A stretch of DNA of 64,000 nucleotides, taken from assembly GCA_947455705.1 (NCBI GenBank), contig CANGPO010000002.1, positions 63,170-127,169 of the forward strand. Direction: 5' to 3'. Below, one piece after another: positions 39,179 through 48,150 of the stretch. The notes under the pieces are model-generated. The model made no database searches. It saw only the letters and a program-made list of their open reading frames with translations, and was not told the origin of the DNA. Position 1 is the stretch's first letter. Every line of letters begins with the position of its first letter. The translations under genes were made by a program, and so were the position numbers. Source of the DNA: Actinomycetota bacterium. GTDB taxonomy: Bacteria > Actinomycetota > Actinomycetes > S36-B12 > CAIYMF01.

Positions 39179-40375
39179 ATGACTACCGATCGTTTCGTTG
39201 AGCCGTCACCAACTCCGCTGGCCCTTCTCCTGCTTGGGCGCGAGGCGGATCCCAATTCCGAAACCGGAGTGGAGTGCCCCGGAGACCTTCCGGCGGCAAG
39301 TGACCCCGGCTTGGTTGAACGGGCGCGAGCGGCAAAGGCCGCTCTGGGTGATCGGGTGTTCATTCTCGGACATCACTACCAGCGCGATGAGGTCATTGCG
39401 TTCGCTGATGTAACCGGCGATAGCTTCAAGCTTGCCCGCGATGCGGCCGCCCGTCCTGAGGCCCCCTACATCGTTTTCTGCGGTGTTCACTTCATGGCCG
39501 AGAGCGCAGACATCCTCACGGGTGACAGCCAAGCCGTGATCCTTCCGGATATGGCCGCCGGTTGCTCCATGGCCGACATGGCCGCCATCCATCAGGTTGA
39601 AGATGCCTGGGACGTCATGGCTGACGCTGGGATCACCGACGTGACGATCCCGATCACCTATATGAATTCCACCGCGGCTATCAAGGCATTCACGGGTCGA
39701 AACAACGGCGCCGTGTGTACGTCGTCCAACGCTCGTCGCGCACTTGAGTGGGCCTTCGAGCAGGGACAGAAGATCTTTTTCCTTCCCGACCAGCACCTCG
39801 GTCGCAATACCGCAGTCCTCGAACTCGGGCTATCACTAGAGGATTGCGTCACCTACGACCCGTACAAGCCGGGTGGTGGACTCACAGCGCAGGAACTCAG
39901 GAACGCGAAGATGATTCTGTGGAAGGGACACTGCTCAGTACACGGCCGCTTCACCGCTGAATCCGTTGCTGACGTGCGTGAGCGAGTGCCCGGTGTTAAC
40001 GTCCTGGTGCACCCTGAGTGCCAGCACGAGGTCGTACTCGCCGCAGACCTTATTGGGTCAACCGAGTTCATCATCAAGACGATCGAAGCCGCACCCGCCG
40101 GCAGCGCGTGGGCGATTGGCACCGAACTTAATCTCGTTAAGCGGTTAGCCTTGGCACATCCAGATAAGCAGATCGTGTTCCTCGATAAGACCGTGTGCTT
40201 CTGCTCGACCATGAATCGCATCGACCTCCCGCACCTGGTGTGGTCGCTGGAGAGCCTCGTCGAAGGCCGCGTCGTGAATCGGATCACGGTTGATCCCGAT
40301 GTGGCGCACTGGGCGAAGGTCGCCCTCGACCGTATGCTCGCCCTTCCCGGAGTCGGCGCAGCCCCAAAGGACTAA
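39179..40375 (+). CDS. nadA: Quinolinate synthase A
   Basis: ILGHHYQ, GDSFKLA, FCGVHFMAE, AGCSMA, YMNST, GHCSVH, HPEC and CSTM motifs. Confidence 0.96.
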   Translation: MTTDRFVEPSPTPLALLLLGREADPNSETGVECPGDLPAASDPGLVERARAAKAALGDRVFILGHHYQRDEVIAFADVTGDSFKLARDAAARPEAPYIVFCGVHFMAESADILTGDSQAVILPDMAAGCSMADMAAIHQVEDAWDVMADAGITDVTIPITYMNSTAAIKAFTGRNNGAVCTSSNARRALEWAFEQGQKIFFLPDQHLGRNTAVLELGLSLEDCVTYDPYKPGGGLTAQELRNAKMILWKGHCSVHGRFTAESVADVRERVPGVNVLVHPECQHEVVLAADLIGSTEFIIKTIEAAPAGSAWAIGTELNLVKRLALAHPDKQIVFLDKTVCFCSTMNRIDLPHLVWSLESLVEGRVVNRITVDPDVAHWAKVALDRMLALPGVGAAPKD

Positions 40376-40377
40376 AC

Positions 40378-40418
40378 GACGTGAGGGTGGCAGGTTGTAC
40401 ACCGGCCACCCTCACGTC
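40378..40418. terminator. Bidirectional terminator between nadA and the peptidase gene
   Basis: 14-bp stem GACGTGAGGGTGGC/GCCACCCTCACGTC. Confidence 0.8.
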
Positions 40419-40432
40419 TACCTCAGCTCGGA

Positions 40433-41389
40433 TCAGAGGCCCTTCAAGAACTCAATGAGGCCCGGGAAATAGTGCTGCGGATCGTCGTACTGAGCTAAGT
40501 GACTTCCGTTGGGGCACAGCAAGAATTGGCCCTGCGGGAATTGCTCGGACATCCAACGCATGTGCTCTGGATCCATCGTGTCGTGGGCTGCACCAATGAC
40601 GAGCGTGGGCACGTCGATGTCTTTGAGATCACCTGAGCGATCCCATGGTTCGAGACTTCCAGACATACCCAGTTCACTCGGACCCTGCATCGGCACGTAA
40701 ATGGCTGGATTCACGTGGCCCAGTGACCGTAAGACCGGGTCGGGCCACTCTTCGAGAGGCATCCGGCATACGTGCAGAACATAGTGATGCTCCATGAGAA
40801 GTTCTTCGTAACGAGGATCGTCGGTGGTGCCGTCAGCTTCGAACTTTTTGAGTTCGGCGAGCACATCCTGATCCATCGTTGGCATGAGCACGTTGTTGGC
40901 AAAGTCGTTGTAGAGCTTCGAACTCGACATCATGTTCGAAACGACAAGGCCCTTGAGGTGCTGCTGATAGTGAACGGCGTACTCCATCGCAAGGAGTCCA
41001 CCCCACGATTGGCCAAGAAGGACGAAGTTGCTGCTGTCTAAGCCCAGAGCCTGACGTACCTGCTCAACCTCGTCGACGAATCGCTCCAGGGTCCACAGTG
41101 AGGGATCCTCGGGAACATCGCTTCGGAACGATCCGAGTTGGTCGTAGTAGTAGTACTCAATCCCGGCACCCGGGAACCACACGTCGAAGCTCTCGTACAG
41201 TTCGTCGGTCATACCTGGGCCGCCGTGGAGCAACAGCACCTTAATGTCCGGGTTGGTACCAACACGTTTGGTCCACACCCGGAAGTCGCCACTAGGCGTC
41301 GTGATGGGAACCATGCGAGAGCCGCCAGAAATGACGTCGCGCGGATCCCACGTCGAAGTATCGAAGTATGAAACTGATGAAGTGGTCAT
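40433..41389 (-). CDS. pip: Proline iminopeptidase / L-amino-acid amidase (S33)
   Basis: LLLHGGPG, YDQLG, GQSWGG, AHDT and GSHL triad. Confidence 0.9.
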   Translation of the reverse strand: MTTSSVSYFDTSTWDPRDVISGGSRMVPITTPSGDFRVWTKRVGTNPDIKVLLLHGGPGMTDELYESFDVWFPGAGIEYYYYDQLGSFRSDVPEDPSLWTLERFVDEVEQVRQALGLDSSNFVLLGQSWGGLLAMEYAVHYQQHLKGLVVSNMMSSSKLYNDFANNVLMPTMDQDVLAELKKFEADGTTDDPRYEELLMEHHYVLHVCRMPLEEWPDPVLRSLGHVNPAIYVPMQGPSELGMSGSLEPWDRSGDLKDIDVPTLVIGAAHDTMDPEHMRWMSEQFPQGQFLLCPNGSHLAQYDDPQHYFPGLIEFLKGL

Positions 41390-41434
41390 CGACGGAGCGT
41401 AGCCCCGCCCACGACACTTCGCAGCCCGGAAAAC

Positions 41435-42172
41435 CTAAGCGGTCGGCGGTTCGATCGCCGGGGCCGCAGGCCCAGCGGCTAACTCGGTACGCAACTTGGC
41501 AAGCCCGTCTTCAACTTCGCTCTGGCTAGCCATCCGCTCGAGCTCCGCGGTGATGGAATCTTTACCGAGGCCCGTTGAATCTTCCAAGGCTCCTGAACTG
41601 AGAAGTTCGTCAATCGCCTGGCCGCGAGCCTGAAGCTGGGCCGTCTTGTCCTCAGCACGCGCAATGGCGTTGCCGACGTCAGCAAGCTCAGTGCTGATAC
41701 CGGAAAATGCCTCACCAATCTTGGCCTGTGCCTCTGCCGCAGAGTAGGTGGCCTTGATGGTCTCCTTCTTCGTGCGGAACGCTTCAACCTTGGCCTGCAA
41801 CTGCTGCGACGCCTGAACAAGCTTCTCTTCTTGATCCTGCAACTGTGCGTGCTGCGCCTGAAGGTCGGCGATCTGAACACTCAGGCCCGACTTACGGGTC
41901 AGAGCCTCGCGAGCGAGATCTTCACGGCCACCAGCAAGGGCGGCCCGTGCCTGCTGCTCAAGCTTGTCGCTCTGGGCGACGAGCGAGTTGATCTGCAGTT
42001 CGAGGCGCTTACGACTCGTGGCCACATCGGCCACGCCGCGGCGCACCTTCTGCAGCAGTTCAACCTGCTTTTCGTAGCTGTAATCCAACGTCTGGCGGGG
42101 ATCCTCAGCCTTGTCCAACACGCTGTTGGCCTTGGAGCTGAAAATCAACTTGAAGCGTTCCCAGAGGCCCAT
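41435..42172 (-). CDS. pspA: PspA/IM30 family protein
   Basis: AEDPRQTLDYSY, coiled coil, GREDLAREAL, RAEDKT...ARGQAIDEL. Confidence 0.93.
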   Translation of the reverse strand: MGLWERFKLIFSSKANSVLDKAEDPRQTLDYSYEKQVELLQKVRRGVADVATSRKRLELQINSLVAQSDKLEQQARAALAGGREDLAREALTRKSGLSVQIADLQAQHAQLQDQEEKLVQASQQLQAKVEAFRTKKETIKATYSAAEAQAKIGEAFSGISTELADVGNAIARAEDKTAQLQARGQAIDELLSSGALEDSTGLGKDSITAELERMASQSEVEDGLAKLRTELAAGPAAPAIEPPTA

Positions 42173-42378
42173 GTGGGCACTCCTTCCATCGTCAGAATTC
42201 CGTTGTCGGATCAGCGCACGTGCCCTGCTCCACCACTCTACTGACTATGAGGTTAGCCCGTTCATAGCGCATCTGTCCCCCACTGCTGATCAGGCGCCGA
42301 ACGTCAGCGGGCGTGATTACTAACTCAGTTGGCCATGCGCGTATACCCACAACGCCCATCTGACGTAGGCTCACGCCC

Positions 42379-42984
42379 ATGTTTCGCCGCAACAAGAGCA
42401 ACGAGTCCGAGGCCACTGAGCCAGTGGTCGATCCCAACCTGCCTGCCGACCAGCAGCCGAAGGGAAAGCCCACCCCATCTCGTAAGGAGGCCGAGGCCGC
42501 TCGAAAGGCTGCCCTGGCAGGTGCGGCCGATCCCAAGGCGGCTAGGAACTCCAGCCGCGAGGCCCGGGCGCAAGAGCGTGAGGCATCGCGAGCGGCACTG
42601 ATGAGTGGGGATCTCAAGCGGCTCCCACCCCGTGACGCCGGCCCCGTTAAGGCATATGTTCGCGACTTCATTGACAGCCGCCTCAGCGTGGGCGAGCTAT
42701 TCATCCCAGTGGCGCTGGCCGTTCTACTGCTGGGCTTCCTCAAGGTGGACTGGGTTCAGTTACTTCTCATCTACATCTGGATCTTCATGCTCTTGGGCGT
42801 CGTTCTGGACGGCCTGTGGATCTGGTACAAACTCAAGCGCGACATCGCCGCGAAGTTCCCCAATGAGGACGCAAGCGGATCGACGTTCTACGGAATCATG
42901 CGCGCACTTCAATTGCGTCGATTCCGTTTACCTCCGCCCCGCGTTGGATTGGGTGGGAAGCCTGCCAAGCGTCGGCGTCGATAA
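42379..42984 (+). CDS. DUF3043 membrane protein
   Basis: KGKPTPSRKEA, LPPRDAGP, RDFIDSR, FYGIMRALQLRRFRLPPPRV. Confidence 0.9.
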   Translation: MFRRNKSNESEATEPVVDPNLPADQQPKGKPTPSRKEAEAARKAALAGAADPKAARNSSREARAQEREASRAALMSGDLKRLPPRDAGPVKAYVRDFIDSRLSVGELFIPVALAVLLLGFLKVDWVQLLLIYIWIFMLLGVVLDGLWIWYKLKRDIAAKFPNEDASGSTFYGIMRALQLRRFRLPPPRVGLGGKPAKRRRR

Positions 42985-43038
42985 CCTCACCAGCCGCCCG
43001 GCCTCGCAGGCACTCGCCGCACGTCATAAGGTCTGAAC

Positions 43039-44037
43039 ATGCAGCATAGATTTCTCGGACACAGTGGCCTAAAGATCAGTGAGATTTCGTACGGTAACTG
43101 GGTTACCCACGGCTCTCAGGTCGAAGAAGATGCAGCCACCGCCTGCGTCAATGTCGCCCTCGATCATGGCGTGACGACGTTCGATACAGCCGACGTTTAT
43201 GCCGGTACTCGAGCCGAAGAGATTCTTGGCCGAGCCCTGAAAGGTCAGCGGCGAGAGGGTTTGGAAATTTTCACCAAGGTCTACTGGCCGACTGGTGAAG
43301 GCCCCAACGATCGCGGGCTCTCTCGTAAGCACATCATGGAGAGCATCAACGGCTCTCTGCGTCGGCTGCAGACCGATTACGTCGATCTCTACCAAGCGCA
43401 TCGTTTCGACTACGAGACACCTCTTGAAGAGACCCTGCGTGCATTCGACGACATCCTCCGCTCTGGCAAAGCGTTGTACATCGGCGTCTCGGAATGGAGC
43501 GCGGAGGAGATTCGCCGCGCCAACGACATCGCCGACGTGATGGGCTTCGATCACTTCATTTCCAATCAGCCCCAGTACTCGATGCTGTACCGAGTCATCG
43601 AGGCTGAGGTTGTGCCCACCTGTGACGAGTTGGGGATGAGCCAAATCGTCTGGAGTCCGATCGCGCAGGGAATTTTGACGGGTAAGTACCTTCCCGGTCA
43701 GCCACCACCCGCCGGATCGCGCGCCACCGATCCGACCAGCGCGCACTTCACTGAGGGACTGCGCACGGACGAGATCCTCACCGCCGTCCAAAACCTTCGT
43801 CCGCTCGCCGAGCAAGCCGGCCTGACGATGGCTCAACTGGCCGTGGCGTGGGTTCTCCAACATCCGTTCATTGCATCGGCCATCGTCGGTGCGAGCCGTC
43901 CCGAGCAATTGGTAGACAACCTTGGGGCCGTTGGAGTGACGCTGGAAGCCGATCTCATGTCAGCGATCGACGACGTTCTGGCCGATGTAATCGTTCGCGA
44001 CCCGCGTTTGACCGTCTCACCGAAACCGAGGGCCTAG
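43039..44037 (+). CDS. Aldo/keto reductase (Kv-beta-like)
   Basis: FDTADVY, IFTK, DLYQAH, IGVSEW, QPQYS and IVGASRPEQL motifs. Confidence 0.94.
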   Translation: MQHRFLGHSGLKISEISYGNWVTHGSQVEEDAATACVNVALDHGVTTFDTADVYAGTRAEEILGRALKGQRREGLEIFTKVYWPTGEGPNDRGLSRKHIMESINGSLRRLQTDYVDLYQAHRFDYETPLEETLRAFDDILRSGKALYIGVSEWSAEEIRRANDIADVMGFDHFISNQPQYSMLYRVIEAEVVPTCDELGMSQIVWSPIAQGILTGKYLPGQPPPAGSRATDPTSAHFTEGLRTDEILTAVQNLRPLAEQAGLTMAQLAVAWVLQHPFIASAIVGASRPEQLVDNLGAVGVTLEADLMSAIDDVLADVIVRDPRLTVSPKPRA

Positions 44038-44039
44038 CC

Positions 44040-44267
44040 ATGACAACCTACGGAACGTGGACATGGAGCTACCAGAACACAGCTGGTGACACAGTCGAAT
44101 CGAGCGTCACGTCACCATCGTTTCCAAACCAATCCGATGCAGAAAGTTGGATTGGTGAGACATGGGCCGAACTGCTCGCCGACGGTGTCGACGCTGTTTC
44201 ACTGTTGGAAGACGCGCGCATCGTCTATGGCCCGATGAGCCTTCATCCGGCCACCCCAGCGCAGTAA
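44040..44267 (+). CDS. Small conserved hypothetical protein (75 aa)
   Basis: ATG 2 nt after the AKR stop; FPNQSDAESWIGETWAELLADGV...YGPMSL pattern. C-terminal part of track ORF 43848..44267. Confidence 0.75.
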   Translation: MTTYGTWTWSYQNTAGDTVESSVTSPSFPNQSDAESWIGETWAELLADGVDAVSLLEDARIVYGPMSLHPATPAQ

Positions 44268-44349
44268 GAGCACGCCACGCCGCAATAACCGCGACACCTT
44301 TGACATGCGGCCGGTCGCCGTGGTGCAGTAGCCCTACAAGTAAATAACT

Positions 44350-44472
44350 GCGTTCGATGTCCAGGGGAAGCCGGTCCAAGTCCGGCGCTGACCCGCAACC
44401 GTAGGCCGAGACTGCTCGGCGAGCCGGAATGCCTGGCGGGCGCGAGAGGCTCCACCGTCGAGGAATACGGTC
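44350..44472 (+). ncRNA. Cobalamin riboswitch
   Basis: CCAGG-GGAA-GCCGG(tccaagt)CCGGC-GCTGACCCGCAACCGTAG-GCCGAG(actg)CTCGGC-GAGCCGGAATG-CCTGG (B12 box), then hairpin ACCGT-CGAGGAAT-ACGGT; lies upstream of B12 genes. 5' boundary approximate. Confidence 0.93.
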
Positions 44473-44507
44473 ATGGGCCCGGACCTTCCTTGGTTTCGTT
44501 CATCTCG

Positions 44508-44558
44508 CCCCTCGTTTCCGATCTGATCTGTCAGATCACAACGGGGGGTTTTGTCTTT
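44508..44558 (+). terminator. Intrinsic terminator in the riboswitch expression platform
   Basis: Outer CCCCTCGTT/AACGGGGGG, inner GATCTGA/TCAGATC, then TTTTGTCTTT, 52 nt before the start codon. Confidence 0.75.
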
Positions 44559-44610
44559 CGAGGAGCAGTCCGGCCACCTGGTCGTGAACCGCTAACCCGA
44601 AAGGCACTCA

Positions 44611-45975
44611 GTGTTTTCAGTACGCAAGAGATCGTCTGCTGCGTTCTCAGCCGCAATCATCGCCCTCGGCATATTTGGCAGTTGGACTAGCGCACCGGTC
44701 TCTGCGGCCCCCGCACCTCACTACGGCTTGTTCGGCAAAAGCGATCCCACATACGACGGCGTGTATCGCCAGTCTTTGGCGATCCTCGGACTTAAGTCCG
44801 CGGGCCGAACCGTGCCATCGGCTGCGGCATCCTGGCTTGTCCACCAGCAGTGCACAGATGGCGGTTTCCAGCCCGTGCGCACCACATCATCAACTGCATG
44901 CACCGCGTCTGATGCCGCCGGCTACGTGGGCGAGGACAGCAATTCAACCGCAGCAGCAGCCGCTGCTCTGCATGACTTGGGCTATGTCACTGAGGCAACG
45001 AAGGCATTGAATTGGCTCAAGGCCATGCAAAACCCAGATGGCGGCTTCCCTTGGTTCGTCGGCGGCCAATCAGATGCCAATTCCACAGCCTTAGCCCTTT
45101 TGGCAAACAAGGCTGCTGGAGTTTCAGCTGCTCAGTTGACGAAGAATGGTCACACTCCAACGGATTTCCTCCGGTCGCTGCAAGTTCTCTGCACCGGAAG
45201 CGATACCAACGATCGCGGGGGCTTTGCTTATGAGGATTTTGGAACTGGGCTTGTGGCGAACGACTCAGCAACGGTCTCCGCGGTTCTAGCTCTCACCGGG
45301 CAAACACTGCATGTAGTAAGCCGCCCAGCGTCGACCGCTCTCTCAACGCTCACCTGCGTCAGTGGTCAGCCAGCGAGTTACAGCCCGACGATTGTCGGAG
45401 CGGGTTACATTTCTCGACTGCTGGTTAAGTACGCCGGTGCAGTTCCACAATTCGATTACACGAATTCGGTGCGCCTCGCTGGTTCGAAGTCACTGGGCGA
45501 CACCGCATGGGCGGCTCTCGCACTATCGGCTTCTGGCGTGGGCTCGTCGCAGTTGAACAAGGTCGTTGCAGTACTGCGAGCGAACGAATCGGCTTCCTAC
45601 TCCGATCCTGGGTTGGAGGGACTCTTCCTGCTTGTGTACCGGGCTACGAATCAGCCCGCCTCGCTCAGATCCCGCTTGGCTGATCACTTGGCTTCTCTGG
45701 TTCGTCGACCGTTGGCCACCAATCAGGTGCGTCCGAGCATTAGCGGCACACCCACGGTCGGTCGTCGCGTGACCTGCGCCGCCGGCACCTGGACCAATAG
45801 CCCTACGTTGAGCATCACGTGGTTCCGATCAGGATCACAAAAGGTGCAGGGGACGGGTGCGACGTATCTGGTCCGCACTGCCGACAAAAGCACATCTCTG
45901 CGATGCGTAGTAAAGGCCACCACGACGTCTGGCACTACCACGGCAGTGTCCAAATCCCGACGAGTGACCGCCTAG
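44611..45975 (+). CDS. Secreted alpha/alpha-barrel (prenyltransferase/squalene-oxidase repeat) protein with C-terminal Ig-like domain; putative corrinoid-binding protein
   Basis: Signal peptide, three QW-like repeats (QQCTDGGF, MQNPDGGF, LQ...DRGGF), DSNST/DANST helices, Ig-like tail (PSISGTPTVG...GTW...W.R...ATY); first gene after the B12 riboswitch. Confidence 0.8.
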   Translation: MFSVRKRSSAAFSAAIIALGIFGSWTSAPVSAAPAPHYGLFGKSDPTYDGVYRQSLAILGLKSAGRTVPSAAASWLVHQQCTDGGFQPVRTTSSTACTASDAAGYVGEDSNSTAAAAAALHDLGYVTEATKALNWLKAMQNPDGGFPWFVGGQSDANSTALALLANKAAGVSAAQLTKNGHTPTDFLRSLQVLCTGSDTNDRGGFAYEDFGTGLVANDSATVSAVLALTGQTLHVVSRPASTALSTLTCVSGQPASYSPTIVGAGYISRLLVKYAGAVPQFDYTNSVRLAGSKSLGDTAWAALALSASGVGSSQLNKVVAVLRANESASYSDPGLEGLFLLVYRATNQPASLRSRLADHLASLVRRPLATNQVRPSISGTPTVGRRVTCAAGTWTNSPTLSITWFRSGSQKVQGTGATYLVRTADKSTSLRCVVKATTTSGTTTAVSKSRRVTA

Positions 45976-46027
45976 CGGCAGACTCGCACGACGAACAGCC
46001 GACGATAATGAAGGAGGGACAAGGGAT

Positions 46028-47002
46028 ATGAAGCGCCTCATTGCCACGTTCATTCTCATGTCCCTGATGTCGATCATCGCTGCGTTCATGGCGCCGCAGC
46101 AGGCGTCGGCAACTTCATATCGGTATTGGACCTACTGGTGGGGACGGCCGGGGCAAGCAGCCTGGCAGTACGCTCCCCTCGGGCCAGGCGGCGATGTTCC
46201 CGGTGATGGCTGGGTGCTCGGGTGGAGATACCAAACGACCAGCGCCAACGGAGCAGGGGCTCAACCTCCACGCGCGTCAGCGAACTTCGGGGACCTCTGC
46301 CCAGCTGCGACACCCGCATCGGGGCTAGAGCGCGTCGCGGCGGTCGTCGATTACGGCGATGCTCAGGATGCCCCCCAGGGGCAGAACACTCCCTCGGGAC
46401 GAGTCGAGTGCACCGAGGTCCCTATCCAGAGCCATGGCTCTGCTGTCATGCGGGCTGCGGGAATCTCTTTGCGCTCCCTCAACGGTTTCATCTGTGGGAT
46501 CGACGGCTACCCCATCGTGGGATGTGCAACCCCGGTGGCTACCGCCCCCAGTCCAACGTCGTCACCGACTACGAGTTCGAAGCCCACGACTCCCACTCCG
46601 AAACCAACACCAACATCCACCAAATCCAACGTGCCGGTGTCGGGAGCCTCGCGATCAGCAACACCAAGCCGCACCACATCGTCGGCCTCAGCGACAGCAT
46701 CGATGTCAGCAAGCCCGCCAGCAACACCGAGCCCGTCTATAACTGCCATTGCATCGACGGGTGGAACACTCGCACCTGTCGTGACACCAAGTACTGCGGT
46801 TATCGCTGCGTCGAACCCAGCGTCCGCGCAGCCCACACCGGCGACAGCCACACCCACTCCCCCGGGAACGACCATCGCATCACAGGCCGCGCCGGTTACC
46901 GAGTCTAGAAACGCGTTCGGCCTCATCATCGGCATTCTGGGCATAGCCCTACTTGGTGGTTCGGCGTTCTACACCTCCCGTCGACGCGGTGGTGGACGAT
47001 GA
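46028..47002 (+). CDS. SCO2322-family exported protein with Ser/Thr/Pro stalk and C-terminal TM anchor; putative corrinoid-binding beta-domain
   Basis: Signal peptide, YRYWTYW...WQYAPLGP...PGDGWVLGWRY, RVAAVVDYG, GFICGIDGYP..GC, long S/T/P linker, TM helix plus RRRGGGR tail. Confidence 0.8.
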   Translation: MKRLIATFILMSLMSIIAAFMAPQQASATSYRYWTYWWGRPGQAAWQYAPLGPGGDVPGDGWVLGWRYQTTSANGAGAQPPRASANFGDLCPAATPASGLERVAAVVDYGDAQDAPQGQNTPSGRVECTEVPIQSHGSAVMRAAGISLRSLNGFICGIDGYPIVGCATPVATAPSPTSSPTTSSKPTTPTPKPTPTSTKSNVPVSGASRSATPSRTTSSASATASMSASPPATPSPSITAIASTGGTLAPVVTPSTAVIAASNPASAQPTPATATPTPPGTTIASQAAPVTESRNAFGLIIGILGIALLGGSAFYTSRRRGGGR

Positions 47003-48150
47003 CCGCAGAACACGCGCTTGGATCGCAAGCGATCCCACGCTGGACTCATCCGGTGGCCTGGTGGGCATGGGCCTTGGGACTTGTCGCCTGCGTTAGCCGC
47101 ACAACCAACCCAATTCTTCTTGGACTGATCGTCGCAGTGGCCGGATGGGTTGTGGCCCGGCGTAAGCCAGACGCCCCCTGGGCAAACTCGTTCTCGCTGT
47201 TTCTACGTCTGGGCTTCATCGTGATGGCCATTCGTGTTGTCGTGGCCATGATTCTCGGCGGTGGAATTGGCGACCACGTACTGTTCACGCTGCCACGTAT
47301 TCAACTCCCCGATTGGGTTGCTGGGATTACCATCGGCGGCCCCGTCACCGCCGAAGCACTGCTCACAGCACTGTACGAAGGTGCAGTCATCGCAGCGATT
47401 CTTGCCTGCATCGGCGCGGCGAATTCACTGGCGAGCCCAGCGCGCTTACTGGCGACCGTACCTGCGGCTCTGTACGAAGTCGGTGTATCCATCGTTGTGG
47501 CACTTTCCTTTGCACCGCAACTGGTTGCCGACGTGAGCCGAGTTCGCACAGCACGACGACTACGTGGCCGACCCGATCGCGGCGCGCGCGCCTTAGCTGG
47601 CTCGGCCATTCCCGTCTTCGAAGGTGCCCTTGAGCGCGCGGTCGATCTCGCTGCAGCGATGGACTCACGTGGCTACGGACGAACTCGGCCGATGAAGCAA
47701 CGCGATGAATTCGTCGCCCGTGCCCTGGTAGTCATCTCGTTGATCGCACTGAGTATTGGTGTCTACGCCCTCGTCGACGGAGTCGACGGCGGCTGGGGAT
47801 CGTGGCTTTTCATAGTTCTCGGGCTCATCTGCGCGATCGTCGGTCTGCGGATTGCCGGGCGACGCTCCATTCGCACGCGCTACCGTCCCGATCCGTGGGC
47901 ACTTCCCGAATGGATTGTTACGCTCAGCGGTTGGATCCCCGCTGTCATTTTCGTCGCGGTGGCCCTTAACGATCCAGTCTCACTGGCCGGCCAGACATCA
48001 CCATTGCAGTGGCCATCCCTACCCGTGATTCCGACGATCGCCATCCTGGTGGCAGCCCTTCCCGGTATGGTCACACCGCTGCCACCTGGTGGCGGATCGG
48101 CGCCTACTGGCCCAGCTAGCGACATCCGACGTCAGGAGGTGCGATCGTGA
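46999..48150 (+). CDS. ecfT: ECF transporter T component
   Basis: HPVAWWAW, two Arg motifs (ARRLRG, AMDSRG), multiple TM helices; ATGA overlap. Confidence 0.9.
   Translation: MTAEHALGSQAIPRWTHPVAWWAWALGLVACVSRTTNPILLGLIVAVAGWVVARRKPDAPWANSFSLFLRLGFIVMAIRVVVAMILGGGIGDHVLFTLPRIQLPDWVAGITIGGPVTAEALLTALYEGAVIAAILACIGAANSLASPARLLATVPAALYEVGVSIVVALSFAPQLVADVSRVRTARRLRGRPDRGARALAGSAIPVFEGALERAVDLAAAMDSRGYGRTRPMKQRDEFVARALVVISLIALSIGVYALVDGVDGGWGSWLFIVLGLICAIVGLRIAGRRSIRTRYRPDPWALPEWIVTLSGWIPAVIFVAVALNDPVSLAGQTSPLQWPSLPVIPTIAILVAALPGMVTPLPPGGGSAPTGPASDIRRQEVRS

Noticed and set aside
43069-43908. 279-aa antisense ORF over the aldo/keto reductase
   Set aside because: Shadow frame of a well-supported gene.
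44300-44329. TTGACA -35 upstream of the riboswitch
   Set aside because: No convincing TANNNT at 17-18 nt (best is TGCAGT); not called as a promoter.
44611-45975. Squalene-hopene cyclase or terpene biosynthesis gene
   Set aside because: Signal peptide, a single barrel, no DxDD motif, and control by a B12 riboswitch.
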